A stretch of 64,000 nucleotides of DNA from Aplysia californica (lineage: Eukaryota), in NCBI RefSeq assembly GCF_000002075.1, contig NW_004797659.1, positions 508,347 to 572,346 on the forward strand. The letters are read 5' to 3'. This document shows, in pieces, positions 53,411-64,000 of the stretch. Position numbers and translations under genes: made by a program. How positions within the stretch are numbered: the stretch's first letter is position 1; every line of letters begins with the position of its first letter. Under the pieces are notes generated by a model that did not search any database, had not been told where the DNA came from, and saw only the letters and a list, made by a program, of their open reading frames with translations.

Positions 53411-54795
53411 CGAGGGCTGTCCCACGGAAAACTGGAAAAGGTCCATAAAAGCAACAATCTTTGTCCTATTATAAATAAAAATGTAACACATCATACCTCA
53501 ACATGTGCTTTATTTCTCTATGTAATCACCATCCCGCTGGACGCATTTTTCCCATTGCTGGATCAGGGAGAAAATACCCTCCCTGAAGAATTTTTCGTCA
53601 AGGGATTTTAACCAACCTTTCACAGCTTCCACAAGGTCTTCGTCGTTGGTCAATCGCTGTCCAGAAAAATGGCGTTTCATTGGTCCAAAAAGGTGATAAT
53701 CTGATGGGGCCAAGTCAGGACTGTGAGGGGGGTGTGGCAGAACTTCCAAGCCGAACCTTTGGATCCAGTCTTTCGTAGCGTTTGCGGTGCATGGCGTTGC
53801 GTTGTCATGCTGCAAAATGACCCCGCTGGACAACTGGCCGGGTCTTTTTCGGCGCACAACCTCTCTCAACTTATCAAGAGTCTGGCAGTATCTGTTAGCA
53901 TTAACAGTTTGTACTGGTTCCAGAATGTCAAGAAGCAGAACACCCTTAGCATCCCAGAAAACAGGGACCATGAGTTTCTACACCAATGGCTGAACTTTAA
54001 ACTTTTTAGGGGGAGGTGAAGATGTGCGCTTCCAAACCATTGAATCCCTCTTCATCTCAGGGGTCATGTGGTGTTCTCATCCCCTGAAATAATACTTCTC
54101 AGGAATGCTTCATCGTATTGTTTGAGGTCTCCAGATGCATTCATGACTCTAGTGACAGCTTGGCGACAATGATTCAACAAAGTATGAGACACTTCAGCAC
54201 GTTGCGTCTTGTGGTCAGCTGTGTAAGCTCTTTTGGGACCCATCGAGCAGAGACCTTTTGATAGTGCAGCGCATCAAACACTATCCTATGGACAGTTGAC
54301 TTTGAAATGTTTAGCGACTCTGAAATTTCGCGAATTTTAAGGCGCCTGTCTGTTTGAATGAGTTCGTTAACGCAACTCTTGTTGTCCTCAGTCTATGCAG
54401 AAAAACATGGTCCTGGGCGCCCTGGGTGAACTTTGTAATTGACATCCATGCCCGGCTTAAAACTTACAACACCACTCATATGTACCTGTGACTTTGCCAT
54501 TACTTTCTCCCCGTAAACTGACTATATTTCAGCGTGTATTTCTATAGGTTTGAGACCTTTTACGGTCAGAAACCGAAGAACAGACTTCACTTCTACCCTT
54601 GACCAATTATCCAAGGGGGTAGCGCCATCTTTGGAGAACCGCTGCGTTCGTTTGGTTTGTGCGATGCTCATGTGGTGCTCAATCGGGAAATTCCTCAATG
54701 ATTGTATTAAAAGTGCGCGTTTCGTTTACAGAATGTGAAAATATTGAAGTTTTCAAATTACAGCCAAATTCCGGTTTTCCGTGGGACAGACCCCG
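53411..54795 (-). mobile_element. Full-length decayed mariner (DD34D) transposon in PECR intron 1
   Basis: ~27-bp imperfect TIRs (CGAGGGCTGTCCCACGGAAAACTGGAA / CGGGGTCTGTCCCACGGAAAACCGGAA) with TA on both sides; HDNA-34aa-SPDLAPSDY in ORF 53510-53971; stops and frameshifts in the N-terminal half. Confidence 0.93.
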
Positions 54796-55585
54796 TAACT
54801 GCAAATGTGAGGCATCGTGATGAATTCAGGTGCTCATCAAAATTAATGAAATAAAAGTAACCGGCATTTGGCCCCCCAAAGATCAGTGGCAAAATTTTTT
54901 AACTGCATAAAAAAGGCTGAACTCGAAGCCCAATTCGCTGGTGGTATATAACGAGGCAAATATTATAAATAGTCTAATAGGAACTCTATATATAATATAA
55001 TTATGATTATCTAGGCCTAAAAATTCGGTGGAAGGCAGTGCAAAGACGCAAATATAATGGTGTTCCTTTTCGTAATCCAAACCTGGCGGTACGCGGAGCT
55101 TAACAAAGGGGGATTGGCTGGGGAGGGGGAGCAATTATGAGATTCGACTGTAATTAATTATAAGATTGATTTATTTATGTCACGCACGGGATCCCTCTAT
55201 GCACATGGCTATGTGCAGTATTTCATTATTAAATGTTATATTTATGTTTTATTATAATACATGTAATTACAGAGTTGATTTAGTAGTAGGCCTAGAGTCT
55301 AGTCTATTATTGAATAAAGGATTTTAATAATTTTAACTGAAGTCTGTATGCCAAGGCCTAGAATATTTAGACAGTTTCTCTTAAATTTTACCGAGTCCAA
55401 ACCCAGTTGAGACAAATTAAGTTTACCACTACTAGCCTACAGATCTACTGCTAGTACATGTACATCTAGATCTAGATCTAGTCTTGTTACTAAGTAACTT
55501 TACTTATTACTACTAATCTATATCTACTAGATTTCTACTACAGACTGCTGAAGTAAACATAAAATGATAAAGTTTTTAAACTCAC

Positions 55586-55697
55586 CTAAATACAGGAGTT
55601 CGTACGTAATTGCTTTTCCTATTCCTGTGCCACCACCAGTTACAATTGCAGCTTTTCCAGCAAAAAGATCAGGGCGAAAGACACTTGTCACTTTCAT
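55586..55697 (-). CDS. PECR: PECR exon 1
   Basis: MKVTSVFRPDLFAGKAAIVTGGGTGIGKAITYELLYLG with the SDR TGxxxGIG motif; G|gtgagt, phase 1. Confidence 0.92.
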
Positions 55698-55854
55698 AGT
55701 TAAATTTAATGCAAATGTCTAAAACTAGAGGTCATCTAATGTTCCCTGTTGACTGGCCTCGGACCGTTGTCTTATTTCAACAACAATCCAAAAACCAAAA
55801 TGCGAAATGAGAGGAGGACCGAAAGTACACTGTACACAACAAGTACACCGCTAA

Positions 55855-55874
55855 GGTTCAAAGTTCATAGTTCA
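55855..55874. promoter_or_regulatory. Triple nuclear-receptor half-site array (overlapping DR1s) upstream of PECR
   Basis: GGTTCA-a-AGTTCA-t-AGTTCA ~160 nt upstream of the ATG. Confidence 0.45.
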
Positions 55875-56249
55875 CGGACTATTGGCACGGTTGACTTTTG
55901 CCCTTGGGTATCGTTCATGGTCGTTTTCGCTGTGTTTAGTGTTTTATGTTATTATTTTGTCTTTATAATACCACTCACTATTACTATTAGATTATTAGTT
56001 TTTCCTCCTTGTATTTTGTTTGGCTTTGGATCAACAACATATCAGTACAGTTCTGATTATTTTAAATTATTCACACAAGGCCAATAAAATTGAAAAAGGA
56101 AATGACTCAGTGTGCCTACCTTTTCTGCAGCTATTGTCATGGTAGTTTGGGTTGGGGTTTTTTTTCTCAGTTTATTGGTCTTAGCTTGAAGGATGAAAAG
56201 CCCACTTTTTGCAATTTAAAAAATCCAGTCTCTTTTATCTTGGCTTTGA

Positions 56250-56760
56250 GAACCCCTTCGGGAGCTCTTGTGGTCAAGAGGTTAGTGCATGTTCGCCTTT
56301 CGTTCGATAGGTTTCGGGTTCAAAGCGAGATAGCAACGGAAAATTTTCTTCTCTAAAACTAAAACTTGTCTCCTTTCACCTCCTTTCCTGCTCCCTAACA
56401 ATGTTCTGTCCTCTGCTTTTGTCTCCACTTTCTGCCCCCACCACCTCAAATCCTTTGTCCCTTCCTCTGGGATCCTGACTCTTTCTGCAGTCTTTCTACT
56501 GCAACTCCTTACCGTTGTCTTTCAGCTATACCCCTGGTCTTATGGTAGGTAAGATCTAACACATAGCCTTCTCAGATAAGCGAGAAAAATCTTAAGGGTC
56601 CTGTGTGCAAGTTGCACACGTTAAAGATCCCTTGATGGTTCAAAATCGATAAGGGTAGGCTTCGCCGCCACCCAGGCAAAATTCAAAATTTCCTACCAAA
56701 CTAAAAATGTTTTTATGTCTGCGTGCACGTGACCTTTTGCAGTTGCAAGCACAGTAAAAA
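56250..56760 (+). mobile_element. SINE with Nin/Deu-domain-like motif
   Basis: tRNA-like head near 56262-56325; ggtcctgtgtgc...gcacacgttaaagatccc resembles the Nin-domain core. Confidence 0.5.
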
Positions 56761-57349
56761 AACAAAAAAAAACTCCTTTTGGTTATTGTTTTACTACAAA
56801 CTCAATGTTTGTTAGAATAAAGAAAAACATTGACACTGACACAATAGTCAGCAAGCTCAGAGACAGAAACAAAAAAGACAGACATTCAGATAAAACAAAG
56901 GAAGAGAACAAGTCAAAAATATTTGAAAGTGAAAGGAAAGAAGCACAAGAGTACCTTCCAACCACCCTCCAAATTGCTAAAAGATAAAGACAACAGACAA
57001 GCAGTTATATAGCGGAGTCTAGTCAACACAATGACCACCACATTCTGACAGAAACAATAAATCACCAAGACAGTGACAGAAACAGTCAACGCAAGAACAC
57101 TCACCAACCACTCATTGACAGAATCCCAATCAATTCTTTCAAAGATTATGATTTCTGAAAGAAATCCTTCAATTAATTAAAGAAAAACAAAACAACTTCA
57201 AGACAAATATTCAAAATATATTCTTTATTGAATCCTAAGTATAAACCCAATACTTTTGTTGCTCCCATGTGACCAAAGTACTAAACTAAGTTATCAGCCT
57301 CGATGGAACATCTTTGTTAATTGGATTAGTTCAACCCACCTTATAGATA

Positions 57350-57580
57350 CAGACAGGTCAGTGCTAACCTCGCCACCTTGTAAATACATAGACAACAGTG
57401 GCTTACATATCCAGCTAATTTCTGTCACCTTGTATATACACAGCCAACATTGTTGCCTACATATCAAGGTAACCTCTGTCACCTTATAAATACTTAGACT
57501 TAGACAACATAGGGTGACCTGCATATCTAGCTACCTTCTGTCAACTTGTACATACACAGACAAAATAGTGGCTTACATTC
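57350..57580. repeat. Degenerate ~50-bp tandem repeat
   Basis: Recurring ctgtcaccttgta..tac..agacaaca..gtggcttacatatc. Confidence 0.65.
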
Positions 57581-60519
57581 TATACTGCCACTTGAAAGTA
57601 AAACCTAGTACATATATATACGAATCAGGGTGAAATCAACTATGCTAAATATTCCATAGATGTGATCGTGCAAGTGCGCACATCTTTTTATCTTCAGGCT
57701 GCTATCCATATATCTCAATATTCATAGAAATACGAAAAACAAAAATGAAAAAGAACAATTTGAAAAAAAAATTGTAGCTTATAACTGCTTCTACAATTTA
57801 CAACCGCCCCCACATCCCCATCATGAACTTGTTAGCAAACGCCGAGCTGGGATTGTCTGTCGATGTCCAAGGCAAACGATTTCATTTTTACAGCATGGTG
57901 ACAGTGACACGGTCAGTCCGTTCTTTGCTTTCACTCATTTCAGGTATTCACTTTATCCGATTTCCCCAAGAAACCGCTTTATTTTATCCACTATTTTTTT
58001 TACTTAAATAGTATTTCAATCGGGACCACAGAATATCTTTCACTTTAACAGATTGTTCAAATAAAACGGACTCCATTGTATTGCTAAATGTATATTGACA
58101 CATCTCTAGCTAAGTAATAACTGAAAAGTAGAAAAAAAATAGTTTAAATTGGAAGCAATTTCTTTTATTTAATACAGTACAAAATGCAAACAACTGCAGC
58201 CATTTTTTTTACCCAACTCAAAACCTTAATCTCCAAATTTTATCAAACGTGACACAGATTGCTGTGTCTAAATTTTTCCAAAAAATTTTTAGCAGTTTCA
58301 AAAAAAAAATACGACATCTCCATTCAGTTTCATTACCAAACTCAAAACAAGAAGTGGATTCTACCAAAGCAAGTTCAAGAGAAGATAAAGCATTAAAGCA
58401 GAGCATGGCAGAATTGCTCACACTTAAAAGTTCACATCAGCATAAAAAGCTGGAAGAAAAAAACCCAACCTCCTCACCATACAGAGTGAAAATGGTCTTC
58501 CAATATCATACATGCATTTATTTCTCCCTGTACTAAAACATTCAAGTCAAACTGTGTGAACACAATCATTAATACCGATATACTGCAACTACTACACACT
58601 GTGAACCAAAATCTGTTAAGAACCATCAGTATCAACAAAATCATTCTCAATAGGTACTGTGCATGCACTCAAATGGCCTCAGGCCATTACACATTTAGTC
58701 TCTAGAACTCTTTCCATTCATGCATGGCAACCTTTGAGTTCTGCAAAAGTGTTGTGCCCCTTTCCACAGGGTCATGTTATTTAACCCCTCACATTTAATG
58801 CTCGTCCCACAGGAGCCGGCCAAAAAGGTGGAGGAGACCCTACAGCCCTCCAAAACAACCAAACACAAGAATGCACTGTAGAGTATTCGAACCAGGGCAG
58901 GCTGCACCGCAGTCAAGCATGATATCAACTGGGCAAACCGACACTCAGCATACGTGCTTCACATCGTAAGTCGAAAAAGAGCTCCCCAATCACAGGCTGT
59001 CAATATGTACATCGTGGTTCATTATTAAATGTATATATACTTTGTATACTCAGACATGAAAAGGTCCATTATAAGTAGCTAACAAATAATTATCTTGGTT
59101 TTTGTGATGATTCAAATTGCCATCCTCATATTGAACAGGGTGTAACTCTACAACTGTGAAAACAGGTACAGCAATATTGCATAAGCAAGCTTCATTAGTG
59201 GGTACATCATGAGCTTTCTACTTCCAAACACAATGGTACATGATCGCAGCAGGATTACTAGCACTAGCACTATCCTATTAAAACTACAATAGAGCGGCCA
59301 AGAAAGTGGCAACAAAACTATCTTCAGCTAGCAGTTTTAGTCTACACAAGCAAGAACACGGTATTTGCCTTTAAAACAGGTAAGGGCAAACTGTAGTCCG
59401 CTGGCCACATCAGGCCCCCGAGCATTTTTAGTCTGGTCTGAGTGTCAACTCTGTAATAACTAAAGTGGCCCTGGTGACTTGACAATTAGTCAAAACAAAA
59501 CTGTCAGTCTTGAAAATTGAAATTACTAGTTTCCAGTTCAGCTGGAAGCAATAGATCAAATAGTAATACAATTTCTCAAGAAATGCCCTTGAAAGACACA
59601 TGTGAAATTCAGTCTTACTTTTGAAAGCTTGGTATTTCAACCAATTTTATCCAATTTTCTCCAGTTTTGGTCTGCGAGATATTCAAAATCACTAATCCGG
59701 CTTGCGATTTTGATACACTTGCCCATTCCTGCACTAAATTTAAAGGAAGCTGTGACAACTTGTGTTGGTTGAATGGCGTCTACATATCAGCGATAGACAA
59801 AAAAGCAAGATATATTACAGAGATACCGATGGCCTCGATCACAAACCCTTTCAACTCCAAATTTCCCTCAGATGCTTTGAAGCTTTATTCAGCAAGGAAA
59901 TGCCAATTTATTATTCATCTTTTAACATTCTACTCCTAAGAACAATATAAATGTGCCAAACAATAATGTAATTAAAGCATCAATGCCCACCATCAGTTTC
60001 AAACAAACCACAGTCAGTTGTTTTCCTCGTCTTGTAAAAAAAGTCTTCAGCCTAAAACCATTGAAAAATTAATATACAACAAGACTGAGCAAATTGTTGG
60101 ATGTTTCATCTTCCTACAACTGAAACGTTCACACAGCTGTCAATACAAATTGTTAGAGTACATTACAAAATGCTCATAAATGAAAGACTTATTCACAAAA
60201 TAATCTAAAAAGAAATTTTGTTCAGCTTACATGATCAGGGAACTATTTTGGCACGACTCTTTGGAAACTAAACCAAATCTACACCTTTTGAAGAATGTCA
60301 AAATCTGTCTGTCCAGTCATACAAAAAATGTTTCGGTTTTATAAAAAATCAGCCATGACCAGTTGGGTACTGACAATTTTGAAATGGATATGCCTCAGTG
60401 TGGCATTAGAGAATTAAATACAAAGTTCTGTCAATGAGTACAGCCTTCACGACATACTTATGGTAGGTACCCACCTACTGTCACAACTCTATAATACCCC
60501 AATATTTCATCTGTACATC

Positions 60520-60960
60520 AGTGCAACAACTATAACTCAGTACTACAACTTAGTTCCATGTTAAAACAAACAAAGTATTACAACTATAACTCAAAATTAC
60601 AGAACTCAATGTAACAACTACAACTCATTGTTACATCCACAAATTAAAGTAACAAATATCATGTCACAACTAAAACTCAAACTCAAGCGTTACATTATCA
60701 ACTCAGCATAACAACAAGAACTCAATGTAATAAAAAATTAAAAAACTGTACCACGACTTTTTTCAGTGAGACAACTACAGATCAGTATTACAACTGCCAC
60801 TTAGCATTATAATATAATAGCGTTACAATGACTTGAACTCAAAACTTTGTATAACAACAAAAAGTCAGTATTACAACAAAAACACAGTATTGCATCTGCA
60901 ACTCAGTATAGGTTCTAACAACAATAACTTGGTATGGCAAATAAAACCCAATGATACATC
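60520..60960. repeat. Degenerate ~19-bp tandem repeat
   Basis: Recurring gtattacaactataactca. Confidence 0.6.
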
Positions 60961-63266
60961 TACAGCGCCAGCGGCCGAGTGGTTAGGGATCTCTGGGTTA
61001 CAATAATGTCAATGCGGAAAGTCACTGGTTGTGTCCTTGAGAAAGAGATCTTGGTCGAAGCCACAAAAAAAAACAAAAAAAAAACTGGACGCTGTACTGT
61101 GGCCACCAGCAGTTGTGTGATTTGTATTCTCTGTATGGTGACTTGGTACGTTATCATATATGTGTTACTGACATAACGTATAATGTAATTTATGCCATGA
61201 GTTAGCTATTGTACCCAAATTTCTTTTTTGGGATCAATAAAAAAAGGTATATCATGTAATTATCAGTCCGTTGTAGAAAGCTACTGCTGTCCCCAGGACT
61301 AAATCACAAGATGATAGCGATATAAAGTGATATACATGAAGAATGATGGGCCAGTGAATCTATTTTTATAGCCACAGCAATGGCTCAGCAGTCAATTTTT
61401 TTTTCTTAAAGGAACTCAGAACTTAACTGACAAAAGAAAAAAGCTTTCATCCCAAAACCAAAGATAATACTGCTTTGGGGGGAATGGGGAGGGGGGTGGG
61501 GGGTGGAGACGAAATAAATCCCCGGAGCCCTTCAGATCATAAGGCGATGAACTGTACATGTCATAAGCCCCTGTGGACCCAATGAACATAATTCAAAAGG
61601 TGAGCTGCTTCAGCACTGCCTGTCAGGAGCGACCAGAGATGAGCGGGATACACCACGTCAGAAAGATGGAGGCATTTGATAAAAATGAAATAAACTTCGC
61701 AACACGGGCATTGAACTCACTTTCACTTCACATGCAATGATGAATAGCCTAACCCCTACACCACAGACACCTCACTACCTCTGAATTACAAAGTTCTATG
61801 TGACATATTTAACTGTCCTGAGTTACTTAGGCCAAGAGGCTAGAAACCAAATTTTCTATCTGCCCTATCAAAATCGTAAGATTATTCGGAGTTGTTATCA
61901 AGATATTCAAAGAATAGCATTTGAAAAAGCTTGACTGACATGTTGTGAAACTCAGAATTATTTACATCAAATTTCTCAAAACTAGGTATTGAGCAGATAG
62001 CACTTAGTAATTCTAAGGGGCCGACCAGCCATAAATAGTCTGTGGTTAGACAGACAAGCATTCCCTATCACTGAAAGCTAGAGGCTGCTACAGTATTGCA
62101 GACGACAAGGGTACATATCCAGTGAATATCCTAGCCCTACACATTAGCACTAACATACCAAAATGAAGAGAAACACAAAATCGAAGAACAGAATATAACA
62201 ACATCTATGAGTATTTACATTCTTGTGAGGTCTACAACTTTTCAACAAAGTGCAAACTGCTGGGCATTCCTAAAGTACGTATACAGGCCACACTGGGTCA
62301 AAACATTATGTATATCTTTGGCATAACTTAATCAATCGCGTGCAATTTTATAGCGAAAAGCATGTGAACTGTAGGGATTTGTTTAGCCAGACTCTCAGCA
62401 GCTCAAAATGTCATCCTCCTCCAACAACATCGACACATTCCTGGAGCCAGAATTCTACACCTCCATACACATACCAGTACAAACACAAGAGCACAGGTTT
62501 CTATTAGCATCTTGATCAGTGCCCCTGAAAACTTGGTCCTTTAAGTTCTGAAATTTCACTGCAAAAACCTTTTCTTTTACAACACAAAGGGAAAATAAAT
62601 GGTTTCCTTTAATTGTGAAAAGTTAAAAAAAAAAGACATTGCATAGCAAAATCGTTTTCTTTTACAACATAAAAAAGGAAAATAAAGTAGAATATTTAAA
62701 AAAGTTTCGGTTGAGAAGTTCAGTGATCTATTGTGCATCTACTTTTGGTACATCCTGTGCATTCAATACAAAATTTTTTAGACATAGAAAGACCTAGGAA
62801 TGTGTGCTACACCGATTAAATATGACTACTGCCTAAAGAGGTTACGAACACAGTGCTGGAAAAAAATCAAGATGGAAAGACAAAACCGAATAATAGTAAA
62901 GATGTAGGACCTACATCTGGCTCCTTCCAACCTCATGTTTGTTGGAGGAAAGAGAAAACATTCCCATAATAATAGTCAATTTGTGTTGGAAAAAGACAAA
63001 ATAGACAGAAGAAAAAAAACAGAAAAACAGGAAAGAAGTAGTACCTGCCCTGGAAACTCTAACCACAGAACTCCTTAATAACGCTTTAAAAAGTAGCAGC
63101 AAAAAAGGTGTTGGTGAGTAGGACTTCCAGCTGCCAGAAAAAAATGGAGAAGGGAGAACAAAGTTCAGCAGATTTTTTGTCTGAATGTTAACTGCTACCA
63201 GGTAGTTGAAAAATGAAACACACATGTCTTTTATTAATTAAAACAAATAAATCATTATCAACAAAT

Positions 63267-63725
63267 GTGTCACGGCACAGTGGAATCAGGCGCTCGTCAA
63301 TTTTTGGGCATATGGTGTTATTGGTATCATCTTAAAGGTTGTTCATTTGCCTTGCTTTCGATGAAAGAAATATCCGTTTATCTTGAATAAAAGTTGAGAT
63401 ATTCACAATTGAAGGAGGAGAGGTCGTCTGGTTTCTGAGGTAAAATTAGCGAGAAAATGGCCACCAAAGGTTGATGACTTCCATAGCTCAAGAGTCATTG
63501 GAAACTGCAAATTTGTATTTGTTGTGCCTTTAATCAACATTTTTCCATAAAATCCACACATAAAAGTGTTTTTGAATGGACATACAAGGTGATGAGCCAA
63601 AAAAAAAAAATTAGAAAAAAATTTCCAAACTGGACGAAACGTGTCGATTTCAAACTGGACGAAACTTGCCGATTTCTCGGATTTCATTATTTTGACGAGC
63701 GCCTGATTTCACAACGATGCCTCAC
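63267..63725 (-). mobile_element. MITE family A copy
   Basis: Same TIRs; flanks AAAT/AATT. Confidence 0.88.
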
Positions 63726-64000
63726 AATTACAATATTGAACGGAAAACAAAACAAAAAAACAGAGAAAAACCACCAAGTTCAAAGAGGACACAGGTTGGT
63801 TGCGGAGAGGAAAAACATTTTCACATCTGTTGCTTTGCAAAACTGTAAATGAAGATCAGCTTGACTCAAAAACAAATCAGGTTACAGTCAAGTCAATGAA
63901 ATGGGGAGGGGGGGGGGGGTGTGGAGTAACTAAAAAATCTGCAGTAAGGTTTGGCACTTGTGAATTCACTAGAATTTAAAAAAGTACCCCACCATTTAAC

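Noticed and set aside
55430-55540. Palindromic TCTAGATCTAGA / CTAG-rich tract
   Set aside because: Low-complexity simple repeat with no evidence of function.
59376-59425. hAT/Charlie-like terminal sequence (cagg..agggcaaact...ggccacatcaggccc)
   Set aside because: Short and degenerate, with no partner TIR or TSD found.

Overview
Eukaryotic (metazoan, probably a gastropod mollusc; this is inference from repeat content and style) draft-assembly sequence with several N gaps. It holds two convergent, intron-rich genes. (1) TMEM245 on the + strand: ATG at 461, 15 confidently traced GT-AG exons with consistent phases, and three candidate C-terminal exons, the last ending at 30205. A near-perfect 2.3-kb duplication of exons 8-9 beside a gap appears to replace one missing exon. 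(2) PECR (peroxisomal trans-2-enoyl-CoA reductase) on the - strand: ATG at 55697, stop at 41829, ending in the PTS1 signal AKL; exon 4 is probably in a gap. Introns and flanks carry a decayed DD34D mariner, a Tc1-like fragment, several MITE families, tRNA-headed SINEs, a LINE 3' end and tandem repeats. The most unusual signal is a ~185-bp retroposon-like family of about 13 copies. It has a covarying 3' stem-loop and an (ACTAAA)n tail, is always sense to the host gene, and five copies lie 10-50 nt upstream of 3' splice sites; one duplicates the acceptor itself. Candidate CLEAR (TMEM245) and triple DR1 (PECR) promoter motifs are also present.
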